A DNA stretch of 64,000 nt, from assembly GCA_965242695.1 (NCBI GenBank), contig CBDESU010000001.1:2048001-2112000 (forward strand). The letters run 5' to 3'. The notes beneath the pieces were generated by a model. That model ran no database searches, had not been told where the DNA came from, and was given only the letters and a program-made list of their open reading frames with translations. Shown here in pieces: positions 28,143 to 38,592 of the stretch. Both the position numbers and the translations under genes were made by a program. The stretch's first letter is position 1; every line of letters begins with the position of its first letter. This DNA comes from Cenarchaeum sp. Its GTDB lineage: Archaea > Thermoproteota > Nitrososphaeria > Nitrososphaerales > Nitrosopumilaceae.

Positions 28143-29069
28143 GTGCTCACCATAGTGGGGTCAGGCAAGGTCGGCGGCGATGCGGCCCTGTTCTCGGCCC
28201 TGCGCGGCGCCGACGACAAGATACTGCTCCTCGACATAGTCGAGGGCCTCCCGCAGGGCGAGGCCATGGACATCAGCCACGCCCTGTCCGAGCAGGGCAT
28301 CGACGTAGAGGTGTCCGGCTCGAACGACTACTCGGACATGCGCGGGTCGGACGTCGTCGTCGTCGTGGCCGGCTCGGGGCGCAAGCCGGGCATGACCAGG
28401 ATGGACCTGCTAAAGATCAACTCTGGAATAGTCGGGGACGTTGCCGGAAAGGTCAGGCAGCACGCCCCCGACTCTATCCTCGTGCCCGTGACGAACCCGC
28501 TAGACCCCATGGCGTACGTCGCGTACAGGGCCTCTGGGCTCGACCGCAAGAGGGTGCTCGGCATGGGCGGGATGCTCGACCTGTCCAGGTTCCGCCAGTT
28601 CATACACGAGGCGACGGGCCACTCGCGCGACTCGATAAGGGCCCTCGTAGTCGGCGAGCACGGCGAGAACATGCTCCCGCTGCCGAGGTTCTCGTCCGTG
28701 TCGGGGGTGCCGCTGCCCGCGCTGCTGCCGGCAGAAAGGACGGACGAGCTCGTGCGGAGCACGAGGGAGGTGGCCGCAAGGGTGATCGCCACAAAGGGGG
28801 CGACAGTCCACGCGCCGGGCAACGCCATTGCGGCCATGGTAGAGTCGATCATGCGCGACAAGAGGCAGGTCATACCCGTCTCGGCGTACCTCGACGGCGA
28901 GTACGGCCACTCGGGCGTGTGCATCGGCGTGCCGGCCGTCGTCGGCAGGGGCGGCATAGAGGAGATCATAGAGCTCGACCTCGACGAGTCCGAGAGGGCC
29001 GTGTTCGACAGGGGCGTCGAGAGCGTAAGGCAGGCCATCTCGGGCATGGAGTCCGAGGGGCAGCCGTAG
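28143..29069 (+). CDS. mdh: Malate dehydrogenase (LDH-like)
   Basis: [29 protein letters not shown]. Confidence 0.95.
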   Translation: MLTIVGSGKVGGDAALFSALRGADDKILLLDIVEGLPQGEAMDISHALSEQGIDVEVSGSNDYSDMRGSDVVVVVAGSGRKPGMTRMDLLKINSGIVGDVAGKVRQHAPDSILVPVTNPLDPMAYVAYRASGLDRKRVLGMGGMLDLSRFRQFIHEATGHSRDSIRALVVGEHGENMLPLPRFSSVSGVPLPALLPAERTDELVRSTREVAARVIATKGATVHAPGNAIAAMVESIMRDKRQVIPVSAYLDGEYGHSGVCIGVPAVVGRGGIEEIIELDLDESERAVFDRGVESVRQAISGMESEGQP

Positions 29070-29095
29070 GCGCGGGCGGCGTGCGCGCTCGGGCG

Positions 29096-30361
29096 CTACG
29101 GCAGGCCGCCGCCGTACCTTTGGGCTATCCAGTCGGCAAAGACGCCGTCCGTGATCCCGTACCGGTGGTCCGGCCGCCTTTCGACCAGATCCTTTGCGGC
29201 CAGGCGGGCGAGCGCCCGCGGAATGGACGAGACGGGAACTTGGAGATCCCTGGCCAGCAGCCCCGCCCTGTTCTTCGAGCGCGCTAGGGCTATGAGCACG
29301 TCCCGCTCCATGGGCGGGGCCATGTTGAACTGCGCCTCTAGGTCGCGCCCGATCTGGGCGAGCATGTCGGGGTACGACCCCTCTATGTCCGCGGCCGTCA
29401 CGCTAGGCTTTTCCTCCTCGATGCAGCGCATGTAGGATGCAAACGCGAGCCGCTGGACATAGTCTGGAAACCCGCCGCTCAGCTCGTAGATGCGGTCGAT
29501 TGCGCCCTGCTCCGGCTTGATCCCCACTACGGCGAATCGCCGCCTTAGGAATTTTTGAACCTCGTCCTCGCCTAGCGGCGTCACGCGCATTTCGTGAAGC
29601 TGGCGGTAAAAGGGGGCGTTCGGATTGTGCACCATGTCGCCCAGCACGGACGGGGCCGATCCCGAAAATATGTACGTCACCGACTTTTGCGCCTGTATGA
29701 TGCGGCGCATCATGCTCAGGAACGGCGCCCCCCATGCGAGGGCGTCCTGAAACTCGTCGATCATTACGACGAACAGGAGGCCTTCGCCGGCTCCGAGTGT
29801 GTCCGGGTAGGCGAGCGCATCCTCGACCAGCTCGTCTTCGTCGGCCGTCGGCTCGGAGAACTTGACGGCAAACTTCGCGTACTCGGCGACAGACACCTCG
29901 ATGCCCCCCGTCCTGTCGGCGATCCCCTCGAGGCCGTCCCCGACGGCCCGCCTCACCCTCCCGAGCAGGTCCTTCCTGCCCGTCTTGGAGGCGTATGCAT
30001 CCGAGACGGCCCTTACGTACAGGCCAGCAAACCTCCGCTTGCTCGGCATGCCGGCCGCGTTGACGATCACCGGCACCACGCCCGGCTCGGCCGCAAGCCG
30101 GCCTGCCGCGCTGAGAAGTATCGACGACTTTCCCATGCGCCTCAGGCCAAGCAGGAGCATGTGGTTGATGGCGCCGTGCTGTGCGCCGGCCACAAGGACG
30201 TCAATCCTGTCGAGTATGCCGCGGCGCCCCACAAAGTACTCTCCGCTGACGGGGACGCCAAGCGCAAACGGCGCGCGCCTCTTGACGCGGCGCCCCGACG
30301 CGGCTGGCGCGCGCCCTCGCGGCGTCCTGCCCGTTTGCTCGCCGCCGCCGCGCCCTGCCAT
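29096..30361 (-). CDS. Archaeal AAA ATPase with C-terminal wHTH
   Basis: FVGRR, GLRRMGKSS, IDEFQD, SGGFP. Confidence 0.85.
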   Translation of the reverse strand: MAGRGGGEQTGRTPRGRAPAASGRRVKRRAPFALGVPVSGEYFVGRRGILDRIDVLVAGAQHGAINHMLLLGLRRMGKSSILLSAAGRLAAEPGVVPVIVNAAGMPSKRRFAGLYVRAVSDAYASKTGRKDLLGRVRRAVGDGLEGIADRTGGIEVSVAEYAKFAVKFSEPTADEDELVEDALAYPDTLGAGEGLLFVVMIDEFQDALAWGAPFLSMMRRIIQAQKSVTYIFSGSAPSVLGDMVHNPNAPFYRQLHEMRVTPLGEDEVQKFLRRRFAVVGIKPEQGAIDRIYELSGGFPDYVQRLAFASYMRCIEEEKPSVTAADIEGSYPDMLAQIGRDLEAQFNMAPPMERDVLIALARSKNRAGLLARDLQVPVSSIPRALARLAAKDLVERRPDHRYGITDGVFADWIAQRYGGGLP

Positions 30362-30385
30362 GGGCGAGGGCGCTACACGGCGTCT

Positions 30386-30425
30386 TATATATGCACTTTT
30401 GCATATATATGCACTTTTGCATATA
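30386..30425. repeat. 18-bp direct repeat in the ATPase promoter region
   Basis: tatatatgcacttttgca x2. Confidence 0.8.
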
Positions 30426-30532
30426 CGTACGCCTGTGTACTGCATGTCCACAACCGAGTCGCCTTGTCACAGGCCCTGACACGGGCAACATACTACGAGT
30501 GCAGAGCGGCCGCTCAATGCGCCGCAGTTGCA

Positions 30533-30730
30533 CTCGGTCGGCCACCGCGCTCGTGCCCACCATAGTAGGGCCCGGCAAGGTCGGCGGCGATACGGCCAGG
30601 TTCAGCCCCGCTCGACACCAGCGGCAGAACGCGCTCCTCAAAGCGCATCTCGCATGCGAGGCTAGAGTTATCGTCTACACTCTGTCCGAGAAGAGCTTCG
30701 GTGTAGAGACATCAGGGTCGAACGGCACTC
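30533..30730 (+). pseudogene. Degenerate 5' fragment of mdh
   Basis: caccatagtagggcccggcaaggtcggcggcgat versus caccatagtggggtcaggcaaggtcggcggcgat in mdh; encodes LSEKSFGVETSGSN versus [14 protein letters not shown]. Confidence 0.8.
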
Positions 30731-31256
30731 GATGATGTGAAGATCGGACATCGTTGCCGTTACCGTTACCGTTGCCGTCCCAAGGCATAAGCCCTGCATG
30801 ACTAGGATAAACATACCAAAGATTAACTCGAGGATGGTCAGTGGCGTCGTATGAAAGATCAAGTAGCACACCTCCCCCTCCCCCCGACTAGATATTCGTC
30901 CCGCAACAAATCAGGTTGACCCCCATGTGTATGTGGCGTACGGGACATCAAGATTCGGCTTTTTTGGGTTTTGGCAGTTAGTATACGATTGGACTGCACC
31001 TGCACGGGTTAATGAGGACAGGGGGATCGGCGAGCATACGGGAAGATGCGCCCGCCGCCCTGTTCTTGCCCATGTCAAGAGCGCCTCTCGCATTGTGGCT
31101 GTAGGCCAAAAAGACAAACGATTGCGTACGGATCACAAGGTGGACACAAAGGGGGCCACCACGGAGAGGAGACTATCTACGCGTCGGCCCAAGGGTACGG
31201 CCGGCCCAAGGCGGGTCGGGGTATAGACCGGCCTGCTAATACAGGGTGTGTCCCAA

Positions 31257-31796
31257 TTAGAATTGCCTAATTCCCATGTCAAGATACAGCGGTACTAACC
31301 CTCCTTCGTTATACGTCCCCGCGCCCGCGTGCCTTTCGGTCTCACGTAGGTGCCTGTCAAGGCCAGAGTTCGACTTCGACGTGAACTTGCAAAAGCCCAT
31401 TTTTTTGTAGAATCCTACCGCATCGGGATCCGAGTTGGCAAGAATTATACGACATCCCGCATCCAAGGCCATCCGGCCTGCAATTTCTATGGCATAGGAG
31501 GTCATCCGCCTTCCTATTCCCTGCCGTTCGTACCGCTCGTCAGTTGCCAAGCGTGTAATTACAAGGGCCGGCAAGTGCCCGTACGTGTCTATGCCCAAAT
31601 CCGCTTGTCGTTCTTCGACTGCATGTCCAAGCGCCAGCATCATGTACCCGACTGTCACCCCGTCGCGGATGGCCCAGTACAGCTGCCCCATCCTCTGCTG
31701 TTGATCGTACGCAGCGTTGATGTCTAGGTACTCAGCATACTCGGGCTTGCGGCACCGGAAGTCGGGTAGCACTTCCCACAGACCAGCTCTCACCAT
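31257..31796 (-). CDS. GNAT acetyltransferase (AtaT/TacT-like toxin candidate)
   Basis: PALVITRLATDERYERQGIG, AVGFYKKMGF. Confidence 0.85.
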   Translation of the reverse strand: MVRAGLWEVLPDFRCRKPEYAEYLDINAAYDQQQRMGQLYWAIRDGVTVGYMMLALGHAVEERQADLGIDTYGHLPALVITRLATDERYERQGIGRRMTSYAIEIAGRMALDAGCRIILANSDPDAVGFYKKMGFCKFTSKSNSGLDRHLRETERHAGAGTYNEGGLVPLYLDMGIRQF

Positions 31797-31806
31797 CTCA
31801 AGTCCG

Positions 31807-32073
31807 CTACGGATCACTCGGATTCACGCCCCTGGCCTTCCTCGCCTGCTCTTCCGCCGCAAACTTCTTCTCCAAGCGGCGCGCCACCTCGTCCGGGTCG
31901 AGGCGCACTATACCCTTTATTGTGCTCGTGTCGGGCAGGACTTTGATGGTCTTGGCAATCTCCTTGGCTCGCTCCACGGCCCGAACCTGCTCAGGGGTGG
32001 GGCCGCGCCGGATGGCCGCCATAAACTCGGCCCACACATCGGGAGGCAGTGGCGGTATCGCTGGCCGTACCAT
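31807..32073 (-). CDS. Putative antitoxin, copy 1
   Basis: 88 aa directly upstream of the GNAT; LPPDVWAEFMAAIRRGPTP resembles the DUF1778 C-terminal segment. Confidence 0.65.
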   Translation of the reverse strand: MVRPAIPPLPPDVWAEFMAAIRRGPTPEQVRAVERAKEIAKTIKVLPDTSTIKGIVRLDPDEVARRLEKKFAAEEQARKARGVNPSDP

Positions 32074-32249
32074 GTGACCGGCGGCGCCACATAGGTATAT
32101 ATCGTTACCGCTCCAGCGGCCCGCGAGTCTACCCCTCCCGACACTCCGGCCCCTCGATGTGTTGTGCGGGAAGATGCCACGCGATCGTCTAGCCAGCAGG
32201 CCGGCCGACAAGACATCAACGCGGCGGTGTGGCGATGGCGCATGGTAGC

Positions 32250-32410
32250 CGACTCGATCCCGGAAGCAGTAGCCCGCGGCGCGATGGCCCAGTACAGCTG
32301 CCCCATCCTCTGCTGTTGATCGTGCGCCGCGTTGGTGTCGAGGCATTCAGCAAACTCGGGCTTGCAGCACCGGAAGTTGGTAGCACTTCTCACAGGCCTG
32401 CACTCACCAT
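32250..32410 (-). pseudogene. Truncated second GNAT copy
   Basis: FRCCKPEFAECLDTNAAHDQQQRMGQLYWAI matches the GNAT N-terminus. Confidence 0.8.
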
Positions 32411-32420
32411 GTCAATCTCG

Positions 32421-32687
32421 CTACGTGTCACGCAGAGCCACGCCCCTGGCCTTCCTCACCTGCTCTTCCGCCGCAAACTTCTTCTCCAAGCGGCGCGCCA
32501 CCTCGTCCGGGTCGAGGCGCACTATACCCTTTATTGTGCTCGTGTCGGGCAGGACTTTGATGGTCTTGGCAATCTCCTTGGCTCGCTCCACGGCCCGAAC
32601 CTGCTCAGGGGTGGGGCCGCGCCGGAGGGCCGCCACGAGGTTGTTCCACTCCTCCTCGGACAGTGGTCTAATTGCCGGTAGCACCAT
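32421..32687 (-). CDS. Putative antitoxin, copy 2
   Basis: Core near-identical to copy 1, different N-terminus. Confidence 0.65.
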   Translation of the reverse strand: MVLPAIRPLSEEEWNNLVAALRRGPTPEQVRAVERAKEIAKTIKVLPDTSTIKGIVRLDPDEVARRLEKKFAAEEQVRKARGVALRDT

Positions 32688-33077
32688 GCGGGCGGCGGCA
32701 TCATCCTAGTGTATATTGTTACTGATCCGCCCAAGTGCTGCCCGTGCACAGGCAGGACCGCGGCAGCGGTACGGCCGCCATCCACAGGGCGTGCCGGCCA
32801 CTCTGGCTTTCGGGCCCGAAACCTGCCGGCAAGTCCCACAGGCAAGCCCGCGCCATGGCAGGCCGGCAGCGTTGTCGTGCGTCCAAGGCGAGCCTGCCGG
32901 CAAGTCCCACAGGCAAGCCCGCGCCATGTCAAGCCTGCTACGGGCCGCGCGAAGCCCCGCCTCCCCGTCAGGTCGATGTTCACGACGAACTCGAGATGTC
33001 AAGCCCGCTACGAGTGCGCGGGGCTGCGGCCGCGTACGGGCCGCCAGCGCGGGCGCCGATTGCGCACGTCAAGCCCG

Positions 33078-33347
33078 CTACGGGCCGTGCAGGGCTACGG
33101 CCCCGGCCTTCCTCGCCTGCTCCTCCGCCGCAAACTTCTTCTCTAGGCGGCGCGCCACTTCGCCCGGGTCGAGGCGCACTATACCCTTTATTGTGCTCGT
33201 GTCGGGCAGGACTTTGATTGTCTTGGCAATCTCCAAGGCCCGCTCCACGGCCCGAACCTGCTCAGGGGCAGGCCCTCGCCTGAGGGCCGCCACGAACGCA
33301 TCCCACTCTTCCGGCTCGAGCTGCCATGTTCCACGCACTACCATCAT
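33078..33347 (-). CDS. Putative antitoxin, copy 3
   Basis: Same core; N-terminus MMVVRGTWQLEPEEWDAF. Confidence 0.65.
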   Translation of the reverse strand: MMVVRGTWQLEPEEWDAFVAALRRGPAPEQVRAVERALEIAKTIKVLPDTSTIKGIVRLDPGEVARRLEKKFAAEEQARKAGAVALHGP

Positions 33348-33500
33348 GCCCTGCGGCTCCACGCCGTCGTATATTGTTACCGCTCCGGCGGCCCGCGACT
33401 CCCCAGGCCCGTTCGCCCGCCGCACGGGGACATCCCGCGCGCCCGCGCGGCGATCGCCCGGCCGCCAAGCTATTAACGCCCTCTCCGCGCCGGCGGCTAC

Positions 33501-34361
33501 ATGGACGCCGACTCGATCCTAGAGGCAGTCGCCGGCGGCTCGATGGCCCCGGCCGACGCCAAGAGGGCCCTCTCGCTGCACTCGATAGACGTCGTCGGCG
33601 ACTATGCGAGGTTCGACGGGGGGCGCAGGAACCGGCGCGGCGTGCCCGAGGTCGTCTTTGCCGAGGGAAAGCGGATGGAGGAGACGGCCGGCATAGTGCA
33701 GAGGGCCCTCGAGGGGCGCGGGTCCGTCCTAGTATCCAGGATTCCCGAGGCCCACCGCGCCGGCATCATTGCGCGCGGCATGGAGTGCGGGGCCGAGGCC
33801 GACGAGGGGCGCAGCTCGTCGTCGTCCGTCCTGCTCTACACCGAGCGGCCCGACTCGAGGCCGGCCGGCACGGTCGGCATACTGTGCGCCGGCACGTCCG
33901 ACATCGGGGTCGCCGAGGAGGCGCGCCTGATGTGCAGGGCCATGTCGTGCAGCACGGTATGCGCGTACGACGTCGGCGTGGCAGGCATGCACAGGCTGTT
34001 CCCGGCCGTCCGCGAGATGATCGAGGCGGGGGCGGGGGCGATCGTGGCCGTCGCAGGCATGGAGGGGGCCCTGGCGACCGTCGTCACGTCCGTCGTCGAC
34101 GTGCCCGTGATCGGGGTCCCCACGTCCGTCGGGTACGGGCACGGCGGCGGGGGCGAGGGGGCCCTCTCGTCGATGCTGCAGAGCTGCGCCCTTGGCATGG
34201 CCGTCGTAAACATCGACAACGGGATCGGTGGCGGGGCCGCCGCCGCGGGCATATGCCTGGCGGCCGGGCGCAGAGGCGAGGGCAAGGGGGAGAAGGGGGA
34301 GGCGCACCGGCCGCGGGGCCCCGGGGGCCCTCGCGGATGCCTGAGGCCGTACAGGGACTAG
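33501..34361 (+). CDS. larB: LarB (PurE-like) nickel-pincer cofactor biosynthesis protein
   Basis: PEVVFAEGK, AGTSDIGVAEEA, DVGVAG, AGMEGAL, PTSVGYG, VNIDNG. Confidence 0.9.
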   Translation: MDADSILEAVAGGSMAPADAKRALSLHSIDVVGDYARFDGGRRNRRGVPEVVFAEGKRMEETAGIVQRALEGRGSVLVSRIPEAHRAGIIARGMECGAEADEGRSSSSSVLLYTERPDSRPAGTVGILCAGTSDIGVAEEARLMCRAMSCSTVCAYDVGVAGMHRLFPAVREMIEAGAGAIVAVAGMEGALATVVTSVVDVPVIGVPTSVGYGHGGGGEGALSSMLQSCALGMAVVNIDNGIGGGAAAAGICLAAGRRGEGKGEKGEAHRPRGPGGPRGCLRPYRD

Positions 34362-34496
34362 GCGCCGGGTACCCGACCCGTCGCGGCCCGTGGGCTCGCG
34401 GGGCTGCCGGGGAGAGGGGCGCCGACGAAGAGGGCGCCGGGGGCGCACCACGGCCCCGCCGCGCTCGTTTAAATCCAAGGCTGCCTGCCCGCTGGC

Positions 34497-35936
34497 GTGC
34501 CCGCCGCCGTGCCCCGCATCGCAGTCGCCGGCACGTCGAGCGGCGTCGGAAAGACGTCCATCACATGCGGCGTCGTACACGCGTTGCGCGCTGCCTGCGG
34601 GAGGGGGGCCGTCGTGCAGGCGTTCAAGGTCGGCCCCGACTATATCGACACGGCGTACCTGTCCGAGGCGTCGGGGCGGCCGGCTGCCAACCTGGACACC
34701 TGGATGATGGGCCGCGCCGGCGCGCTGGCCGAGCACGACCGCGCGGCAGAGGGGGCGTCCGTATCCGTGATCGAGGGCGTAATGGGGTACTACGACGGGG
34801 CCGGCGACGAGGGTGACCACAGCACGTACCACGTCGCAAGGGCAGTCGGGGCCCCCGTGGCGCTCGTAGTCGATGCGAGCCGCACGGGCCACTCGGTCGC
34901 GGCCGCCGCCGCGGGGTTTGCCAGGCACAGGAGGGGCGCGAACATAGCCGGAGTCATACTCAACAGGGTCGGCAGCGGGCGGCACGAGGACATGTGCCGC
35001 GCGGCGCTAGGGCGGGCGGGCATTGCGGTGCTCGGCGCGGTCCCGAGGGATCCCTCGCTCGCAATCGAGACGGGGCGCCTCGGTCTGGTCCAGGCGCGGC
35101 AGGCCGGCGGCAGGAGGGCGATAGGCAGGATTGCAAGGAGGATTGCGGGCCACCTCGATGGTACTGCCCTGCTCAAGGCGGCTCGGGGCGCGGCAGGCGG
35201 CGCCAAGGGAGGAGGCTCCCGGCCGTCGGCCGTGCCGGCGCCCGCGCAGGATGCCGCCGTCAGGATATGCGTCGCGCGCGACGAGGCGTTTAGCTTCTAC
35301 TACCACAACAGCCTGGAAAACCTGCGCAGGGCCGGCGCCTCGCTGCGCTTCTTCAGCCCGCTCTCGGGCAAGCGCCTGCCCGAGTGCGACATGCTGTACG
35401 TTGGCGGGGGCCTTCTGGAAGAGCATGCCTATGCGCTGGAGAGGAACAGCGCGATGCGCAGGTCCGTCAGGGAGTTTGCGCGCGGCGGCGGGACGGTCTA
35501 TGCAGAGGGGGGAGGCGTGGCGTACCTGTCGGCCGGCCTAGAGTACGAGGACAGGTTGTACGGCATGGCGGGCGTGCTCGGCTGTACCATTGCGGTGACC
35601 GGCAGGCTCCGCCTCGGCTACACCCTGGCCCGCGCAGCGGAGGGAGGCACCCTCGTGGCGCGCAGCGGGGCGGCGGTGAGGGGGCACGCCTTCCACCACA
35701 TGGAGGCGCGCGACATAGTGCGGGGGTCCGCGTTCGCCTACGACGTCGAGAGGGGGCCGTGCATGCTGGAGTGGCGGCCCAGGGGCGGCCGGGCGCCCAT
35801 AAGGGGGGACGGCATGATCGTCGGCAACGTCCAAGCGTCGATGATGCAGGCGTACATCAGCCCTGTGGCGGCGCGACGAGTTGTCCAAGTGGCAAGACTC
35901 AAAGGTAGCAGCATGGGCACTCGAAACAAAATGTGA
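34497..35936 (+). CDS. cbiA: Cobyrinate a,c-diamide synthase-like protein (glutaminase motif altered)
   Basis: SGVGKTS, FKVGPDYID, IEGVMG, DEAFSFYY. Confidence 0.85.
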   Translation: MPAAVPRIAVAGTSSGVGKTSITCGVVHALRAACGRGAVVQAFKVGPDYIDTAYLSEASGRPAANLDTWMMGRAGALAEHDRAAEGASVSVIEGVMGYYDGAGDEGDHSTYHVARAVGAPVALVVDASRTGHSVAAAAAGFARHRRGANIAGVILNRVGSGRHEDMCRAALGRAGIAVLGAVPRDPSLAIETGRLGLVQARQAGGRRAIGRIARRIAGHLDGTALLKAARGAAGGAKGGGSRPSAVPAPAQDAAVRICVARDEAFSFYYHNSLENLRRAGASLRFFSPLSGKRLPECDMLYVGGGLLEEHAYALERNSAMRRSVREFARGGGTVYAEGGGVAYLSAGLEYEDRLYGMAGVLGCTIAVTGRLRLGYTLARAAEGGTLVARSGAAVRGHAFHHMEARDIVRGSAFAYDVERGPCMLEWRPRGGRAPIRGDGMIVGNVQASMMQAYISPVAARRVVQVARLKGSSMGTRNKM

Positions 35937-36135
35937 CAGCCCGCACTGTCAGGCATCATAAACCCGAGGTGTCGCCACCGCCATCATCCCGCAGATAGAG
36001 GCGCATAGCAGTTTTATACCCCACCTAGGTCGTCCGGCCGTTGAAGATGCCGAGGGGTGGGCAGGAAAAAGCAAGGTGCGTCGGAGGGGGCGCTCTTGAC
36101 GAGTAAGATCACCCCCCCCCCCCCGCCACCAAGAA

Positions 36136-38592
36136 ATGGTGGGCAAGAAAGAGATTTGCCAGTACACGCACAGTGACAAAAAACGCCCCAACAATCCGCC
36201 AGCAGGCCTAGTAACACCCGGTACAGATCCAGCGAACGACGCAGTGACATACAAACACAACCCGCGCCTGAGTCCATACCTAATCTGGTCTGGAAAACAT
36301 GAGAAGGAAGAATTCAGGGTAGAAACAGTGTCACTCCACGTACACGAACTGATGGACCCACTTACAATAATTGAAAAGGCAGTGCGGTCTGATCAAAATA
36401 TGCAGAGTAACATAACACATTGGTTTGAAACGCCAGATAACATACTTCCGTTACGCGATGCCATTGAATTTTATAAACACGATCAGGGTTGGTCTAACCG
36501 ACTCATTGCTGGCGATTCGTTGTTGGTTATGAATTCACTTTTAGAAAAAGAAGGTATGGAAGGCAAAGTCAAAATGATATATTTTGATCCACCGTATGGT
36601 GTCGATTTTGGATCAAATTATCAAGTGCAAGTGGGTAAGCCAAATGTAAAAGAAAATGATGTTGCAGAAGAACCTGAAACAATAAAAGCGTTTCGTGACA
36701 CATGGAAGTTGGGAATACACTCTTATCTAACATATCTAAAAGATCGCTTAGAACTTGCAAAGAGGATGCTGGCTGATGGCGGTTCGATTTTTCTACAAAT
36801 ATCTCAAGATAATGTACATCATGTAAGGGAGGTGTTAGATGAAGTATTTGGTCCTACCAATTTTTATGCAAACATAATATATGTAAAAACTTCTAGAAAA
36901 GGAACCGATCGCCTAGATTCAATAAATGATTATATATTATGGTACACAAAGGGTGAAATTGCTGAATACAGGCAACTGTTTACAAAGAAAACAAGCTATG
37001 ATCGTTACCAGTATGTTGAAGAGGCAAATGGAACTCGCAGAAAAATAACGGGAAAGAATGATGAGGGTGTGGGCACGTCGAAAAGGTATTTGTTGGATGA
37101 TCCAACGTCACAAACGCCAAATTCAACGACAGACTTTGAATTTGAGTTTGAAGGAACTAAATACAATCCCGGTTCTAGAGGATGGAGAACGAATCTAGAA
37201 GGGATGAAAACACTTGCTAAAAAAAATAGACTCATAGGCAAAACAGATTTGTTGTGGTATGTCAGATATTTCAATGATTTTCCATATATCGAAATTAATA
37301 ATGTTTGGACTGACACACAATCAAGTTTTGCAAAAAAAGTATATATAGTACAAACTAATGTTAAAGCTATCGAACGTTGTATGCTAATGGCAACAAAACC
37401 GGGTGATCTAGTGTTTGATCCAACTGGTGGATCTGGAACAACCGCATACGTGGCTGAAAAGCTTGGAAGACGGTGGATCACATGCGACACGTCACGTGTA
37501 GCAACTGCGGTAGCTAGACAGAGGTTATTAACCAGTGTTTTCGAATATTATGAACTTGCAAATCCTGCACTAGGTGTCAAAGGAGAGTTTAAGTATGCCA
37601 CAGTTCCACGCATAACGCTTAAAAGTGTAGCGACGAATAGTCCACCACAAGATGTGGTGCTTTGGGACAAACCACGCTCAGTAAAAAAATCACGTGTGGC
37701 AGGACCATTCACAGTAGAGGCCGTCCCATCCCCCACAGTCACAGAAATAGAACCGTGCAGGCAGTCTAATGATCAGCCCGCATCGACCGATATTGTACCA
37801 GCCAGTAGCACCCCATCTCGACACGAAAAATGGCGTCACGAACTACAGAGTTCTGGTATTAGAGGAAAATCAAATCAAAAGATTACGTTTATAGAGGTAA
37901 AACAGATTCAAGGAACTAAATGGTTACACGCAGATGCAGAAATAAAAGAAGAAAATCCACAGCGTGCAGTCATCTCTTTTGGCCCAGAACATGCACCACT
38001 AGGTCGTAGACAAGTAGCGCTAGCAATGGAAGAAGCACAAAGGTTGATCCCCACTCCCAAAATGATAATTTTCGCAGCCATGCAGTTTGATCCTGAAGCA
38101 TCCAAAGAAATAGACGGTCTGGATTGGCCAAATGTCACTATTCTTAAAGCTGAAATGAACAAAGACTTACTTACGTCAGATCTTAAAAAAAGCAAATCCG
38201 GAAGTGAAACATTTTGGCTTGTTGGGCAACCAGACATATCACTAGATAAAAATGGTGATTATTACACCGTCAGCGTAAATGGTTTTGACTACTACAATGG
38301 TGACACCGATAAAATAGAGTCTGCTGAAAGCGACAAAGTGGCAATGTGGGAACTAGATACGGACTATGACGGCAGGAGTGTGTACCCACAACAGGTATTC
38401 TTTCCCATGAGCGGCAAAGTAGGCGATTGGGAAAAATTAGCAAAAACACTAAAAGCAAGGATTGATTTAAAGTTAATTGGGATGTACAAAGGAACCAAAT
38501 CTATGCCATTTAAAGCAGGATCATATAAAAGAGCGGCGATTAAAATTATTGATGCTAGGGGTGTTGAATCCATCAAGGTGGTAGATCTCTAA
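36136..38592 (+). CDS. mod: Type III R-M DNA methyltransferase (Mod)
   Basis: YFDPPYG and FDPTGGSGTT motifs; AT-rich. Confidence 0.9.
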   Translation: MVGKKEICQYTHSDKKRPNNPPAGLVTPGTDPANDAVTYKHNPRLSPYLIWSGKHEKEEFRVETVSLHVHELMDPLTIIEKAVRSDQNMQSNITHWFETPDNILPLRDAIEFYKHDQGWSNRLIAGDSLLVMNSLLEKEGMEGKVKMIYFDPPYGVDFGSNYQVQVGKPNVKENDVAEEPETIKAFRDTWKLGIHSYLTYLKDRLELAKRMLADGGSIFLQISQDNVHHVREVLDEVFGPTNFYANIIYVKTSRKGTDRLDSINDYILWYTKGEIAEYRQLFTKKTSYDRYQYVEEANGTRRKITGKNDEGVGTSKRYLLDDPTSQTPNSTTDFEFEFEGTKYNPGSRGWRTNLEGMKTLAKKNRLIGKTDLLWYVRYFNDFPYIEINNVWTDTQSSFAKKVYIVQTNVKAIERCMLMATKPGDLVFDPTGGSGTTAYVAEKLGRRWITCDTSRVATAVARQRLLTSVFEYYELANPALGVKGEFKYATVPRITLKSVATNSPPQDVVLWDKPRSVKKSRVAGPFTVEAVPSPTVTEIEPCRQSNDQPASTDIVPASSTPSRHEKWRHELQSSGIRGKSNQKITFIEVKQIQGTKWLHADAEIKEENPQRAVISFGPEHAPLGRRQVALAMEEAQRLIPTPKMIIFAAMQFDPEASKEIDGLDWPNVTILKAEMNKDLLTSDLKKSKSGSETFWLVGQPDISLDKNGDYYTVSVNGFDYYNGDTDKIESAESDKVAMWELDTDYDGRSVYPQQVFFPMSGKVGDWEKLAKTLKARIDLKLIGMYKGTKSMPFKAGSYKRAAIKIIDARGVESIKVVDL

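Noticed and set aside
27250-28155. Short ORFs overlapping the 343-bp repeats
   Set aside because: Frames are not conserved between units; conservation follows base-pairing rather than codons.
30740-31250. Small ORFs and a ccgtta microsatellite
   Set aside because: No recognisable motifs, so a call cannot be supported.
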